A stretch of DNA of 64,000 nucleotides from Rhynchopus sp. YZ270_cl-10 (Eukaryota): NCBI GenBank assembly GCA_964035575.1, contig OZ037833.1:1116001-1180000 (forward strand). Reading direction: 5' to 3'. Positions 45,542-56,194 of the stretch are shown piece after piece. Numbering within the stretch: the first letter of the stretch is position 1; every line of letters starts with the position of its first letter. A program made the position numbers and the translations under genes. The notes below the pieces were generated by a model. The model ran no database searches and was not told the origin of the DNA. It saw only the letters and a program-made list of their open reading frames with translations.

Positions 45542-45997
45542 CTCCGCGTGAGAGACGGAAGAGGGGGGTGCAAGGGCATTGTGTAGAAGCGTGTAATTAA
45601 AAACCAGTTTGAACCCCCCTAAGTGCAGGGATACTGTCCAATGTGTATGTGTCTGTCGTGGAGGGGGTGATGGGGGGCAGTGTAATAGATCTTTATGTAA
45701 ACCCATTTATGAAAAAGAGTAGTTGAAACGTACTAAAACTTGGTCCGGTCGAGCTTATGCAAAAAAGGTAGAGTTGAAATACAAAAGCCCTCTCATGAAT
45801 AGTGTACCTTGGTATGACCGGCTGTACCGTGGGGTATACACCCAACCATGCAGTCCTACAATCCATTTCGTGGTTTACATCTAAAAATCATGCGGAATGG
45901 GAGGGGGTGCTTTTTTTCGTTGAAAAAGGTGACTAAATTTAAGCACGAGAAGGGGCTTAGGTATATTCTGTCAACTTTTTTTTTTGGGGGGTTAAAT

Positions 45998-46683
45998 CAG
46001 GGCATTATATAGGTTTCGGGGGTTTTCGCTGAAACTCGGTCAAAACTCGGTCGAGCCCGGGCGCGCTTCGCGCGCCCGGGTCCCCGCCTGAAGCTCAAGT
46101 TGGGGGCCTCCGGCGGAATGTGAGAATTCCTCGGAGTTCGGCACTTCATTTATATTTGTGCCAGGCACACGTGGTACACGAATTATCAGTAACCTCAGTA
46201 CATTCACAAACGAAACGGCGGTCATGGCACCCAAGCGAAGCCACGGTACGCAACATTTCTAAAAAATGTTGACATAAATGTCACCGTCGTTGGTAATTAT
46301 CGTCAGTTTCCGTAAATACTTCCATATTTTGCTGAAACAAAAGTTTCTGGCGAAGCCACGGTCAAAAAATTGCGCAGAAGGGTGGCTGCAAGCTTGCGCC
46401 GCAGGCGCACGGTACGCTACTTTTTTATTTTCGTCGTGCTGCACGCTTCGTTTTCCTTCGGCGTTTGACCAATCGAGTCGCGTTCTGGCTGTGACGGGGT
46501 CACTTTGTTCATGAGGCCATTTCTGGTCACTCTCAGAGGCTCGTGTGAGGTACCAAAGAAACCGATTTTTCCCCCCAAGATTTATCATTTTTTTTTTTTT
46601 ATTTGGCCTGACCGAGTTTTAGTTAAGGCTTGCTGTAAACTCGGTCAGGCTGACCGAGTTTTACCCCACTATATAATCCCCTG
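45998..46683. mobile_element. hAT-like MITE
   Basis: 8-bp TSD GGTTAAAT (45990-45997, 46684-46691); TIR CAGGGCATTATATAG / CTATATAATCCCCTG; subterminal AAACTCGGTC repeats. Confidence 0.85.
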
Positions 46684-48456
46684 GGTTAAATTTACTTCTT
46701 TTTTTCCGTTTTTTTTTGTTTAGTTTCGAGTTGCTTTTTTTCTTGTTCATTCTGTTTTGGAAAATTGTGTTCGAACAGTGTATTTGTGCCCTCCCTTCAA
46801 GAGGGAACTTCAAGCGAAGTAGCGACACCTACTATATATTTTCCCCCTCAGTAACACCGCCGAACTGTGGGGGGAAAGACCACAAGCGACATTACAGCAA
46901 AGAGAGCGAGGGGAGAAAATAACGGGAAAACTTGAAAGAAAAATATTCTGTGACATGCAGACTAAGACTAACATATCAGAAAAAAAAAAGGGGGGGCAAA
47001 GTTGAGTAGTACAAACGCTTCTGGGACGCATACACTGACAACTCCGTGGGGAAAAAGAAGGGGAAAAAGAAAAAACTGGAGAGTAGAAACTGCCACGTCT
47101 GGCAGCTCCATTAAACCAACAAAACTATCAAACAGAAAATGAAGAAAGCAAAAGATAGAAAAGGTCGTAAAACACTAATCGACACTTTTTTTTGTCGAGA
47201 AAACCACTTAACGCTTAACGACGAGTCCAAGAGGTGATACCACCATGATGATAACACTGTGGCATTTATTTAAAAAAGGGGTTTTGAAGAAACACATAAA
47301 ACGGCTAGTAAAAAATAGTAGTTGAAACATGCTAAAACGCATCTCAGTCGAGCTCATACAACTAAAGAACAGACTGCATTTTTTTTCCCAAAAAAAAAAA
47401 AAAATGGAAATTAAAAATGCAAACGCCACCAGCAAGCACTGGGGGGGTAAAAAAATTTTGGATCAACAACGTTTTTTTTTTTTTCCACCTTTTCGGAAGT
47501 AGAATAATTTGACTTGAAATATAAAAATCCCTCTCGTGAACAGTGTAGCTTTGGTACAAATGAGCGGTGCACCGTTGGGTGGACACCCAACCATGCAGGT
47601 CCTACATCCATTTCGTGGGTTACATCTCAAGAAGAAAATTTGCTTTGTGATAGGCATCAATAAGTTGTTGAACCCCCAATACAACAATTCTACCCTTCAT
47701 TTTCACGCCCCACAGGGAGACAGTCACATGTCTCCCTCCACCCCCTCCCCCTTTCGTATGGGAAAATAAAAGAAACACTAGAAAGACAAAACTGATACCT
47801 TTCAAAGTATAGTTCCACACAACGAGCGATTTGAGGCGAAGATGGGAAAGAAGAACGACAAAACTTTTTTGTAGATTTGTTAGAGAGACAGTGGCGGGGC
47901 TCTGCCGCCATTTTGTATTTTTTTTTTTTTATTTTTTTTATTTTTTTTTGTTTGTGAAAAATTGTTGGAATTATCCCGAATAGTGTGGTTGCCACCTGTG
48001 CAAGCTCCACTGTCTTTTTTTTGTATTCACTTCAATCTTCAGCTTCATTCACAAAACCATCATCTGAACTTGGGAGAAACTATGTCCGATGTGGTGTTGC
48101 AAAACGAGATAGATGTAAGGGGAAGAAGGGGAAAAAAACGATACCTTTTTTCTTTTTCTTTTGAAACAATACCAACCAATAAGAAAACACATTTACAACC
48201 GTACAAAGAAAAAAAACAAGAGCTCTATTTAAAAAAAAAAAACGGGGAAAAAACCGGTAGGTAAATTCACCTTGCAAAATGTTCCTTTGTTTTGTTTTGT
48301 GAATGATCGGTTGCATCAATGCCAACACACCACGAAGAGGTGCTTTGTATGGGAAGGGGAGAGAGTATTGCGTTTGTCGTTCACTCATTTTTTTTTTTTT
48401 TTGTTGTTATGCATTTTTCTGTCATGTTTTTCAACAATGTTGTTTTTCATAAAAGG

Positions 48457-51400
48457 TTAGGCAGTTGCCTTCACTGGTACCAGAAAGGACGCAATTAGAT
48501 AGCGTACAGCCGTCGCAAGCTCTTCAGTTTCTCCGGATACAGCGAGATCAACTTGGCCCGTTGAGGCTCTGACGGCAAATGCAGCTGCAGCCTGATGAGT
48601 GTGGTGTTCCAGAAGGGGTGGGCATGGGAAGCTTATAAGTCATTTATGTGGTAGGTTTCGTGCACACCATAATGTGGTTAAAGAAAGGGAAGACCCAGTA
48701 TTGCAGTACGTCTATTATCACAGTGGGATAGTAGAAACTTATAACAATAAGCTATTATGGTGTAGCTTTCTATTGGGGTTTGGCGGCTCGGGTACACCCG
48801 AGATGGTGTGGCTGAAAGGGGGCGCCATTTTTGTGCTATTTTGTGCTATTTTGTGCTATTCTGGGGTCGTCGGCCACACCACAAGAAGAACCTTTTTACT
48901 TTATTTTAGGGAAATCATCGTACTATTTTATTTTTTTTTCCGGGGAGGCGTTGAAAGCTTCCACCCCAGAAGACATTTGAAACACGAATATGATTGCGCA
49001 CTACACTATGTAATGTACTATGTGATTGCATACCCTGTGCAAGCCGAATGTCGTGTACGCCAATATGATCTGTGTATCGGCGTCCTTGGTTAGTACCGTA
49101 ACGAAGAAGTGTAGATAACTGTTGTGGGAGGATTTTGTTTTATTTTTTTCTTTGACATTCGTTCTCATCACTTTAGCACTGCCAAGGTAGTGTGGCTGCT
49201 CTGTGTGTTCTATCCAGAGTAACCCCGAAGGTACTTCTAATATTCGACAAAAATAATCTTCACATTTAGTTCCCACTCAGCCCCCTTTTGGAAGGGATGG
49301 CAAATGTCATGTCTCAATGGTGTTTCCCGTGCCTAACTAACTAAACCTGTGAAAATAACATACTGTTTCAAGACGTGTTCAATGTGTTCCACAGACATCG
49401 TTGTCGACAACGTGCGCTCATCCAAGCTGTACAACTCCTGTCGCAACTCTGCAAACTTGACCTGTAAAAAAGAACAAAACGTTTGGTAAGATAACCACCG
49501 CCTCTCATGTTGTAATCACCTCACAAAAAAAGAGGGGTGTACTAACTGTCCAACATAGCCGCCGAGCAATCTAAACAGGTGCCTGCTGATTACCCAGGTT
49601 TTCCAAAAAAAAAAAAATACGTTGAATTTCGTGAAACAATGAGAGTAGATAATATCTTAGATAAGTTGTTGCATACGTCACTGGTGGGTGCCTCGTCGTT
49701 GGGTAGGGCCCAGTGCATGAGGTGCACAGGGAGGAACACTGAGTGTTTATATTCGACGTCGTCCTGGTTGTACCTCATGTCGAAGCGTAGGCGGTTTATC
49801 GAAGGGCCTGGTAGACGTAGGGCTATCACAGCCTCGCCGCTTGTGCCGGGCTCAAGTGTTTGGGGGAAGTTCTGTGCAGGGTTATTCTGTATGAGGATAC
49901 TCCTGTCTGCAGGGTGTGCCTCTGCACATTCCAGTGGCGGTGCCTACGTTGTGAAAGTTTTAGTGGCAAATATGACGAAAATACATCAAACAAAAACAAA
50001 ACTTGGCTCGGAATATAAAAGCCTTGATAGAGTATATTAGTACAATAAGTGTTGCAGTGGGATGGACCCCAACCATGGTGTACATCCATTTCGTGGTTTA
50101 CATCAGAGAAGCCCTACTCCCGCTTCCATTCTTCGGTCAGAACGGGAATCAGAGGAGACAGGGTCATAAGGTTTGTACGGGGCTAGGAAAGTCCTCAACT
50201 TAAAAAAAAGCGGGAGAAGAGAAAGAAAAAAAAGTGGAGGATGTGAGGGGGAAGGCATACCTGCATGATTCTGCACGCAATCTCGGACACAGCCTGCGAT
50301 CCTATTATTGTTGCCTGCAGTGTGACCTCTCCTAACGCAAAGCAGTCCGGCTGCGACATGGGCTCAGTGAAGTCGGCGCCAATCAACGCGAGACGCACCG
50401 AGTCACCTTCAAAGAGCACAGGATGCTGCTGGGAGCATGCTGCTAACCACTCCAGCTCCACTGGAGGCGAGGTCCATATGTCCTCTGGCAGGGGCATTGC
50501 GGTGCGTGGACCCACACTGCTAAACGCAAGCGCAGACGGAAGCGCGGACGCACCGATGTTCTGAGTCTCTGTGTCTTGGAAGGTGGGCGGTGGACTCGTC
50601 TCCCCAAAGGTGTAAGGAATCGTGCTCGTAGGGATGTCTGTAAACTCTGTGTCCCAGCCTTTGTCCTTGACCTCCAATTCGGCGCCGTCGAAGTCTGCTG
50701 CCCACTTCTTCTGGGAGGGTGGCGACATCGCAGCCTTCACGTTCGCAAGCTCTACACGGGTGGCCTCGAGCTCGTCACGCAGGTTCTGCAGCTCGTTGTC
50801 TTTTGCCTCTAGTTCCGCAAACAGCGCCGCCTTGTGCCCTTCCAGCGCTTTCATCTGTCCACGCAGTTGCAATACTTCCGTGCTGTTCGCGTCGCCAACA
50901 GTGCTCCCTTCTGCATGCGGGTGCGGCCCGCCCCGCCGCTCTCGTTCAAGCTGTCCCTGCACCTCGCTTAGCTGCAGCATGAGGGACGTCTGCACTTCGT
51001 CCAGTTCTCTGCGCAGGCGTGCCGCCTCAGGGTTGTCGGATGTGGGAGGGACTAAAGCGACTGGGGGAGGGGTGGTCGCTCGGATAGCGTCTGCAGGCGG
51101 GCGCGAACCACCACGCTCTCGCATCAGCACGCTGTTCGGTGTCGGGGCAGGCTCGCCTTTCTTGTAGAAGATGTAGTCAAGCGTTGCAGTCGCACGCACA
51201 CCACCCATAGAGAAGTTCTCCACCCAGTCCATCTCGTTGCCTTGTGGATAGCCGCGGCTGCCCTCCACATCGCGTAGGAACTTCGTAATGTTAATCTCAA
51301 AGTTTGCGAGCTCCTTGTTCTTCCCGTTGCGCACCTCAAGGAAGTAGAGTGTCAACTTCTTCGGCTTCCCGGACTCAATGTGTGTCTCAAACTTGATGGG

Positions 51401-51568
51401 TGCCGGCGATAGTCGCACCTCCCCATGTGAAGATGCAGCAGAGTACGTACTCCGCCCCTCGTTGCTCCCGCGCTTCCATGAGAACCCGTAGCGCACGTCA
51501 CCCTGCTCAAGACTCTCGCAGCGGAGACGTGTCACCACCCCTTCAAAAACAAATGTGTGTTTGCCCAT
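48457..51568 (-). CDS. Multi-exon protein: N-terminal NT-C2 (EEIG1/EHBP1-type) domain, coiled coil, and a C-terminal region resembling an adaptin appendage
   Basis: FSWKRGSNEGRS...KKLTLYFLE...KELANFEINITKF is NT-C2-like. Donor CAG|GTATG at ~50260 joins in phase to APPLEC...FPQTLEPG...HSVFLPVHLMHW (~49947-49677). Further small exons at ~49460 and ~49240; last exon AAAAFAVRAS...VKATA* ends 48457. The small internal exons are not fully resolved. Confidence 0.6.
48804..48881. mobile_element. Short MITE (inverted relative of 12667-12743), intronic
   Basis: TGGTGTGGC...GCCACACCA termini, (TTTTGTGCTA)n interior. Confidence 0.6.
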
Positions 51569-51992
51569 ATGAGGCCTGTCGACACCTCCACCCGCGAGGG
51601 GTGTGTCTCCCTTGTGTACTCTGTAAGGAAAGTGTGAGGAAGAGGAGCGAGGGGAGGGTTCATGAAAAAGAGCGACAAAAAAAAAAGACTGTAACCACAT
51701 CTCATCCAGAGACTTCTAAGTGCGTAGAGTAGCACCACACTAAAGTATACAACGAAACTGTATATCAGTCAATAATTGAGCCACCGGGACTTTTTTCCGT
51801 TTTTGTGGGGTGTCCCCAACCCCGGTGAAATCCGGGCGAAATCGGGCAAAAACAGGGTTTTTTGGCTTCTGTGAGGGTTTGGCCCAGTAAAACACCCAGA
51901 AACCTCGCTTTTCGAGATTTCCGGGCTGGGTCTGGGTGAAATAAAAAAAAAAAATCGGCCACTTTCGTTGAGCAGAACCCCTTTAGGTGACT

Positions 51993-52373
51993 CACAGTAC
52001 ACAGTACACAGTACACAGTACACAGTACACAGTACACACAGTACACACAGTACACACAGTACACACAGTACACACAGTACACACAGTATACACAGTATAC
52101 ACAGTATACACAGTATACACAGTATACACAGTATACACAGTATACACAGTATACACAGTATACACAGTATACACAGTATACACAGTATACACAGTATACA
52201 CAGTATACACAGTATACACAGTATACACAGTATACACAGTATACACAGTATACACAGTATACACAGTATACACAGTATACACAGTATACACAGTATACAC
52301 AGTATACACAGTATACACAGTATACACAGTATACACAGTATACTGTGTATACTGTGTACTGTGTACTGTACTG
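51993..52373. repeat. Compound array (CACAGTA)n > (CACACAGTA)n > (TACACAGTA)n followed by a short inverted copy
   Basis: Direct reading; orientation flips at ~52340 (CACAGTA|TACTGTG). Confidence 0.95.
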
Positions 52374-52472
52374 TCTCCTGAGTTCCAGTGTGTGATACCT
52401 GTAGACCCTCCCGTTTATCCCGTCAAGTTCGTCAATCCTGTCAATCCCCGAGACCTTAGCTTACCAAACCAG

Positions 52473-52570
52473 ATTATACAAATTATACAAATTATACAAA
52501 TTATACAAATTATACAAATTATACAAATTATACAAATTATACAAATTATACAAATTATACAAATTATACA
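52473..52570. repeat. 9-bp tandem array (AAATTATAC)n
   Basis: Direct reading. Confidence 0.95.
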
Positions 52571-53019
52571 GGAAGTAGTGCACGTTTCCACAACCACCCA
52601 AGAGGTAGTGCACATGGCGCGTTAGTCTTTATTTTACGTGGCGTTCCCCTGTAGGCCTATACCACGGGTTCTTTTGAACCATAATTTGTTATCCTCCAAA
52701 AATATAACAGTATCACCAAAAACCCCTCGCTGTGACTCAAAGCACCAGAGACATACACTCAACTCATAGGACGGTTTTTTTTTCCCCACATATTGTGCAA
52801 GTAAGACCCATCGTTGTTCCCACCCTCCAGAGACAAATCAAAGTAAAAAATATAATCACAAAACATATTCACTATTCCCACCCAAACCCGGCTGAGCCTG
52901 TGTTGTTGGGACAGTTGACAACACCCTTTCTTTTTTTCATACCCTTCCCCGCACCTCCTCCAGACACAAATAAACAAAAAAAAAGAACCGCAAAAGTACT
53001 TCACCCCACACCCATATCA

Positions 53020-54512
53020 TCACGCAGACTTCGCGTTCATCCCGAACTTCTCCTTCACTTCTGTAATCTTCTCCTTCAATTTTTCGTCCTTTGGATTTGG
53101 CTTCTTCACACCATGCAGGTAAAGCGCGTGAGAGTAGCGGTGGATCCTCACGTTATCCCCACCCACTTTGCAGAGCAGTGTCGATTCTGAGTCGCGCTTC
53201 ATCAAACTCTTCACTATGGCTTTATTGCTGTGGCCCCACGGATAGTAACCCTCTGTCCCAGTCTGAGCAATTTCTGTCAACAACGCGAGTTCTGCTTCTC
53301 CGCTCACTTGATCCACAGAGGCATCAAACCGCTTATCGATCCCTGTGCAATACATGTGTCTCATAATTGACAAACTACCCACCCCAACAACAACAACATA
53401 CGCGCCTTCAGTTTCGTCAAAATCTCCCCCATTGTTTCAGCGGTGGCAGACTCAACTGCGATGAGATGTGTGGTTAATAATCATGATGTACAAAAAAGGC
53501 AACAAAAACGGTGCATACTACCAGACCCCGCCCCTTCTTCAACGAGCCCCGCCAAGGTCTTTGTCTGTCCTCCTAGCCAGTCGTGATAGTACTTCAAGTA
53601 CTGGTCCGCAAGATCCTTTTTATCGTTCGAAATCTTTAGCACCTGTTTCCCGATCTCGAGAAATTCGTCCGCTGTCATTGCCTTCACTTCGAAAGGGGTT
53701 TGGTCAGAAGGGCGGAGCCTTCTGATGTCGTCCGACATCGCTGTTTTGGAGAATCCGACGATGGTCTTGCAACTCTTCGCCTTTGATGAAAGCAGGGTTG
53801 CCACTGAACTGAAAGCACCGGCAAAGTCCATCATGGTCTCGTAATCAAGATCCTTCTTGCTCTCCAGCGTGATGTAGATGATCAGCGGGTGTGCATCCTC
53901 CCCCCTGGCCTTCTTCCGGATGTTTTTCGCATGTTTGACAAAGTCGAGAAGATTACGGTGACGTTTGGGGTGCGTTGCACACTCCATGAACATCTCCCAC
54001 ACACCCTCTTCAAGCTGATCGATAAAAGATTTGCCATGCGTGGCGCTACGCTTGATCATTGTCTCCGCACTCAGTGACAATTCGAGAACACCTTCCTTGT
54101 ACTCATTATGCAGCAAATTCTGCATCAGTGTAGTTTTGCCTGAACCACTTTCACCCACCAACATAAAGAATCCACCACGAGGATTGTTGAGGTATTTCTC
54201 CAGAGTGCTTTTCAGATCATCATCTTGCTGTCTGAGAACGTAGTCCTTGGGGGTGTCGGGGTTGTAGTTTTCTGTGACAATATCCTTCAGCATCTTGTCG
54301 AAGTGGTATTGGGTCTCTGGGCCGTAGTTCCTTATCTTGTATTCGTCCCACAGTTCCTTCCCATGCGTATAGAAGATAGATCCAACTTGTACTGAACCAA
54401 GGCCGATTCCGAGAGCGCAAAAAGCATCCCATAGCCCCATTTTCTTCGTCTCTGACTGTGCTTGTGTGCTGCACATTCGGACAGCCTTCCACATTTTGTT
54501 GAATTTTGCCAT
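53020..54512 (-). CDS. P-loop NTPase with N-terminal targeting-like peptide and one TM-like segment, 3 exons
   Basis: Walker A VGESGSGKTT. Exons 54512-53519, 53455-53402 and 53342-53020 are joined by 63- and 59-nt phase-1 GTATG...CAG introns, merging two ORF-track entries. Confidence 0.7.
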
Positions 54513-54539
54513 GTGTACCTTCCTCCTTCACTCACACAG

Positions 54540-54845
54540 TCAATCGCAGCGTTGAAGGGGAACAAGGGGAACAAAGGAGATAGTGTCAAAGGGAAGGGTA
54601 AAGGAAACAAGTCTGGGAGTGGGCTCAGGAGCGAACCACCCTCGAGGGGTGAAACCCCGAGTCTGTATCAAATGAACACAACAGGTGCGATGAACAGACT
54701 GATGCTGTTGATAGGAGGGAAGAAGGCAGGGAACACAAGTCAAGCAATCAAACAAGAAGCATCCACTATCCTTGACTGGCTTCTCAACAACAATAAGATA
54801 AATGTAGATGAACATAAACTCCTCACCCAAGAAATCAACTCCTAA
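54540..54845 (+). CDS. 5'-truncated Polinton/adintovirus-like protein with C-terminal AGN motif
   Basis: KSGSGL...NRLMLLIGGKKAGNT...EASTILDWLL resembles the RLxLLxxxxxAGN motif that I recall from Polinton-associated ORFs. Its stop is 1 nt before the penton ATG. Confidence 0.55.
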   Translation, partial: SIAALKGNKGNKGDSVKGKGKGNKSGSGLRSEPPSRGETPSLYQMNTTGAMNRLMLLIGGKKAGNTSQAIKQEASTILDWLLNNNKINVDEHKLLTQEINS

Positions 54846-54846
54846 A

Positions 54847-55557
54847 ATGGAACAACTCTCACTCTTTGTCTCCTCTGAAGGAGAAGCTCTCTCCACTGAC
54901 TTCACTGTAGCCCACAACCCTCCCATCTACCTTGACGAAGGTGACAACTATGAGATCAGCCTCATCAAGAGCAGTCAGTACTACTCGTGGACAAACATCA
55001 GCCAGCAGCAAGGTAACAACTTCTTTGAGTGGAGTCGTGATGACGGAGCTTCATGGGAGACAATAGTGCTCGGTGACGGGAACTACAGCATCTCTGAGAT
55101 CAACGACCACATACCATCGGAAATCACAATAGAGCCCATCCTAGCCCTGCAGAAGATCAAGATCACACTACCTGCCAACTACCAAGTGAACTTCAGAACA
55201 GGTTCCTTCCATGGCATCTTAGGCTTTGCTGAGAACACTATCATAAGTGCAGGTGATAACATTGCTCCACACGTTGCAGACATCACGAACGGAATCCAAG
55301 CAGTCGTTGTCCACTGTGATCTTGTGAACCCAAAGTACTCCTACCACAACTCAGGCACATCAGGCACCAAGTCGCAAATCTTGTATGTTGTCAGCCCACC
55401 ATCCCTACCTCCCAGCAGTTTGTACAACGTGGTAGAACCTGGCAGCTCGTACTATGTCCCCACCAACAAGACCCAGATCAACAGCATAAGGTTCTGGCTT
55501 ACGGACCAGAATGAGAAGGTGAGAATGTCAACTATCATGTTATCCTTCGCAAAGTAA
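54847..55557 (+). CDS. Polinton/adintovirus-like minor capsid (penton) protein, 236 aa
   Basis: Motif series DFT..NPPIYL..YEISL..SWTNIS..NNFF..GNYSISEIN..ILGF..DIT..VHCDLV..ILY..YYVP..INSIRFWLTDQN. Intronless, on the strand opposite the host genes. Confidence 0.8.
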   Translation: MEQLSLFVSSEGEALSTDFTVAHNPPIYLDEGDNYEISLIKSSQYYSWTNISQQQGNNFFEWSRDDGASWETIVLGDGNYSISEINDHIPSEITIEPILALQKIKITLPANYQVNFRTGSFHGILGFAENTIISAGDNIAPHVADITNGIQAVVVHCDLVNPKYSYHNSGTSGTKSQILYVVSPPSLPPSSLYNVVEPGSSYYVPTNKTQINSIRFWLTDQNEKVRMSTIMLSFAK

Positions 55558-55575
55558 AATCTTCGTACTAAAAAA

Positions 55576-55785
55576 ATGGCATCGTGGTCAAATCTAGTGA
55601 GGGATAGTGAAAGGGTATCAGGGAGGAAGAGAACCTGGAGTGCTTTGGTGGAGGGTAGTGGGGTAGATATGGAGGAGAAGCAAGAGAAGCAAGAAGAAAG
55701 AGACAACAAGAAGGTGCTTGATGTACTGGCTGACATCTCTAAGAGGCATAATGTTGTGCTTGGGAATGGGTTGGTTACAATATAA
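55576..55785 (+). CDS. Small ORF (69 aa) of the viral fragment, possible core protein
   Basis: ATG 18 nt after the penton stop; EGSG and LGNG resemble adenain-type cleavage motifs (inference). Confidence 0.4.
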   Translation: MASWSNLVRDSERVSGRKRTWSALVEGSGVDMEEKQEKQEERDNKKVLDVLADISKRHNVVLGNGLVTI

Positions 55786-55923
55786 GTGTTCTATACATAT
55801 CACTGTCATACACACCATGCGGTGTGTATTCCTTCTCACTTCTTACTTCTCACTTCGTTCGAGATATGTATTATTTGAGTCTTCGGTGCTGTTGGCACCC
55901 TCGAGGGAGCTCTGCTCCTGAGT

Positions 55924-56194
55924 CTAGTTAATAACTATCCCATTCCCTGTGATCTTACCATAGGCTGTCTCCCCTAGGATCTTGATGAGGAAGGTAGCTA
56001 TGCTTGCTATATGTTGCACTCTATCTATTGAGCTCTTGTTGTTAGGGTCTAGTGCATGGTAGATGTTTGATCGGATGAGTTGTAGGTCTGCCTTGTGCTT
56101 CATCTTACGTATGTCTTTCCCACTCTTCCCTATCTTTGAGGCATGTTTGTACTGCAGGTCATGTATCATCGCACTTTCATCTAACGCATCCGTT
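55924..56194 (-). pseudogene. 3' part of a PLA2X (parvovirus-type phospholipase A2-like) gene, 5' part displaced by satellite
   Basis: DALDESAMIHDLQY...KHKADLQL matches the LDxxAxxHDxxY...AD PLA2 motif. The upstream GPG Ca-binding loop is absent because the satellite starts there. Confidence 0.75.

Noticed and set aside
17270..52625. ORFs such as (GTGYWVL)n, (YTV)n, (PLSPPSHPPLT)n
   Set aside because: Stop-free translations of tandem repeats.
53481..54512. P-loop ORF as the viral A32/FtsK packaging ATPase
   Set aside because: It has introns, an N-terminal TM/targeting-like segment and lacks the DD Walker B and RH motifs of Polinton ATPases.
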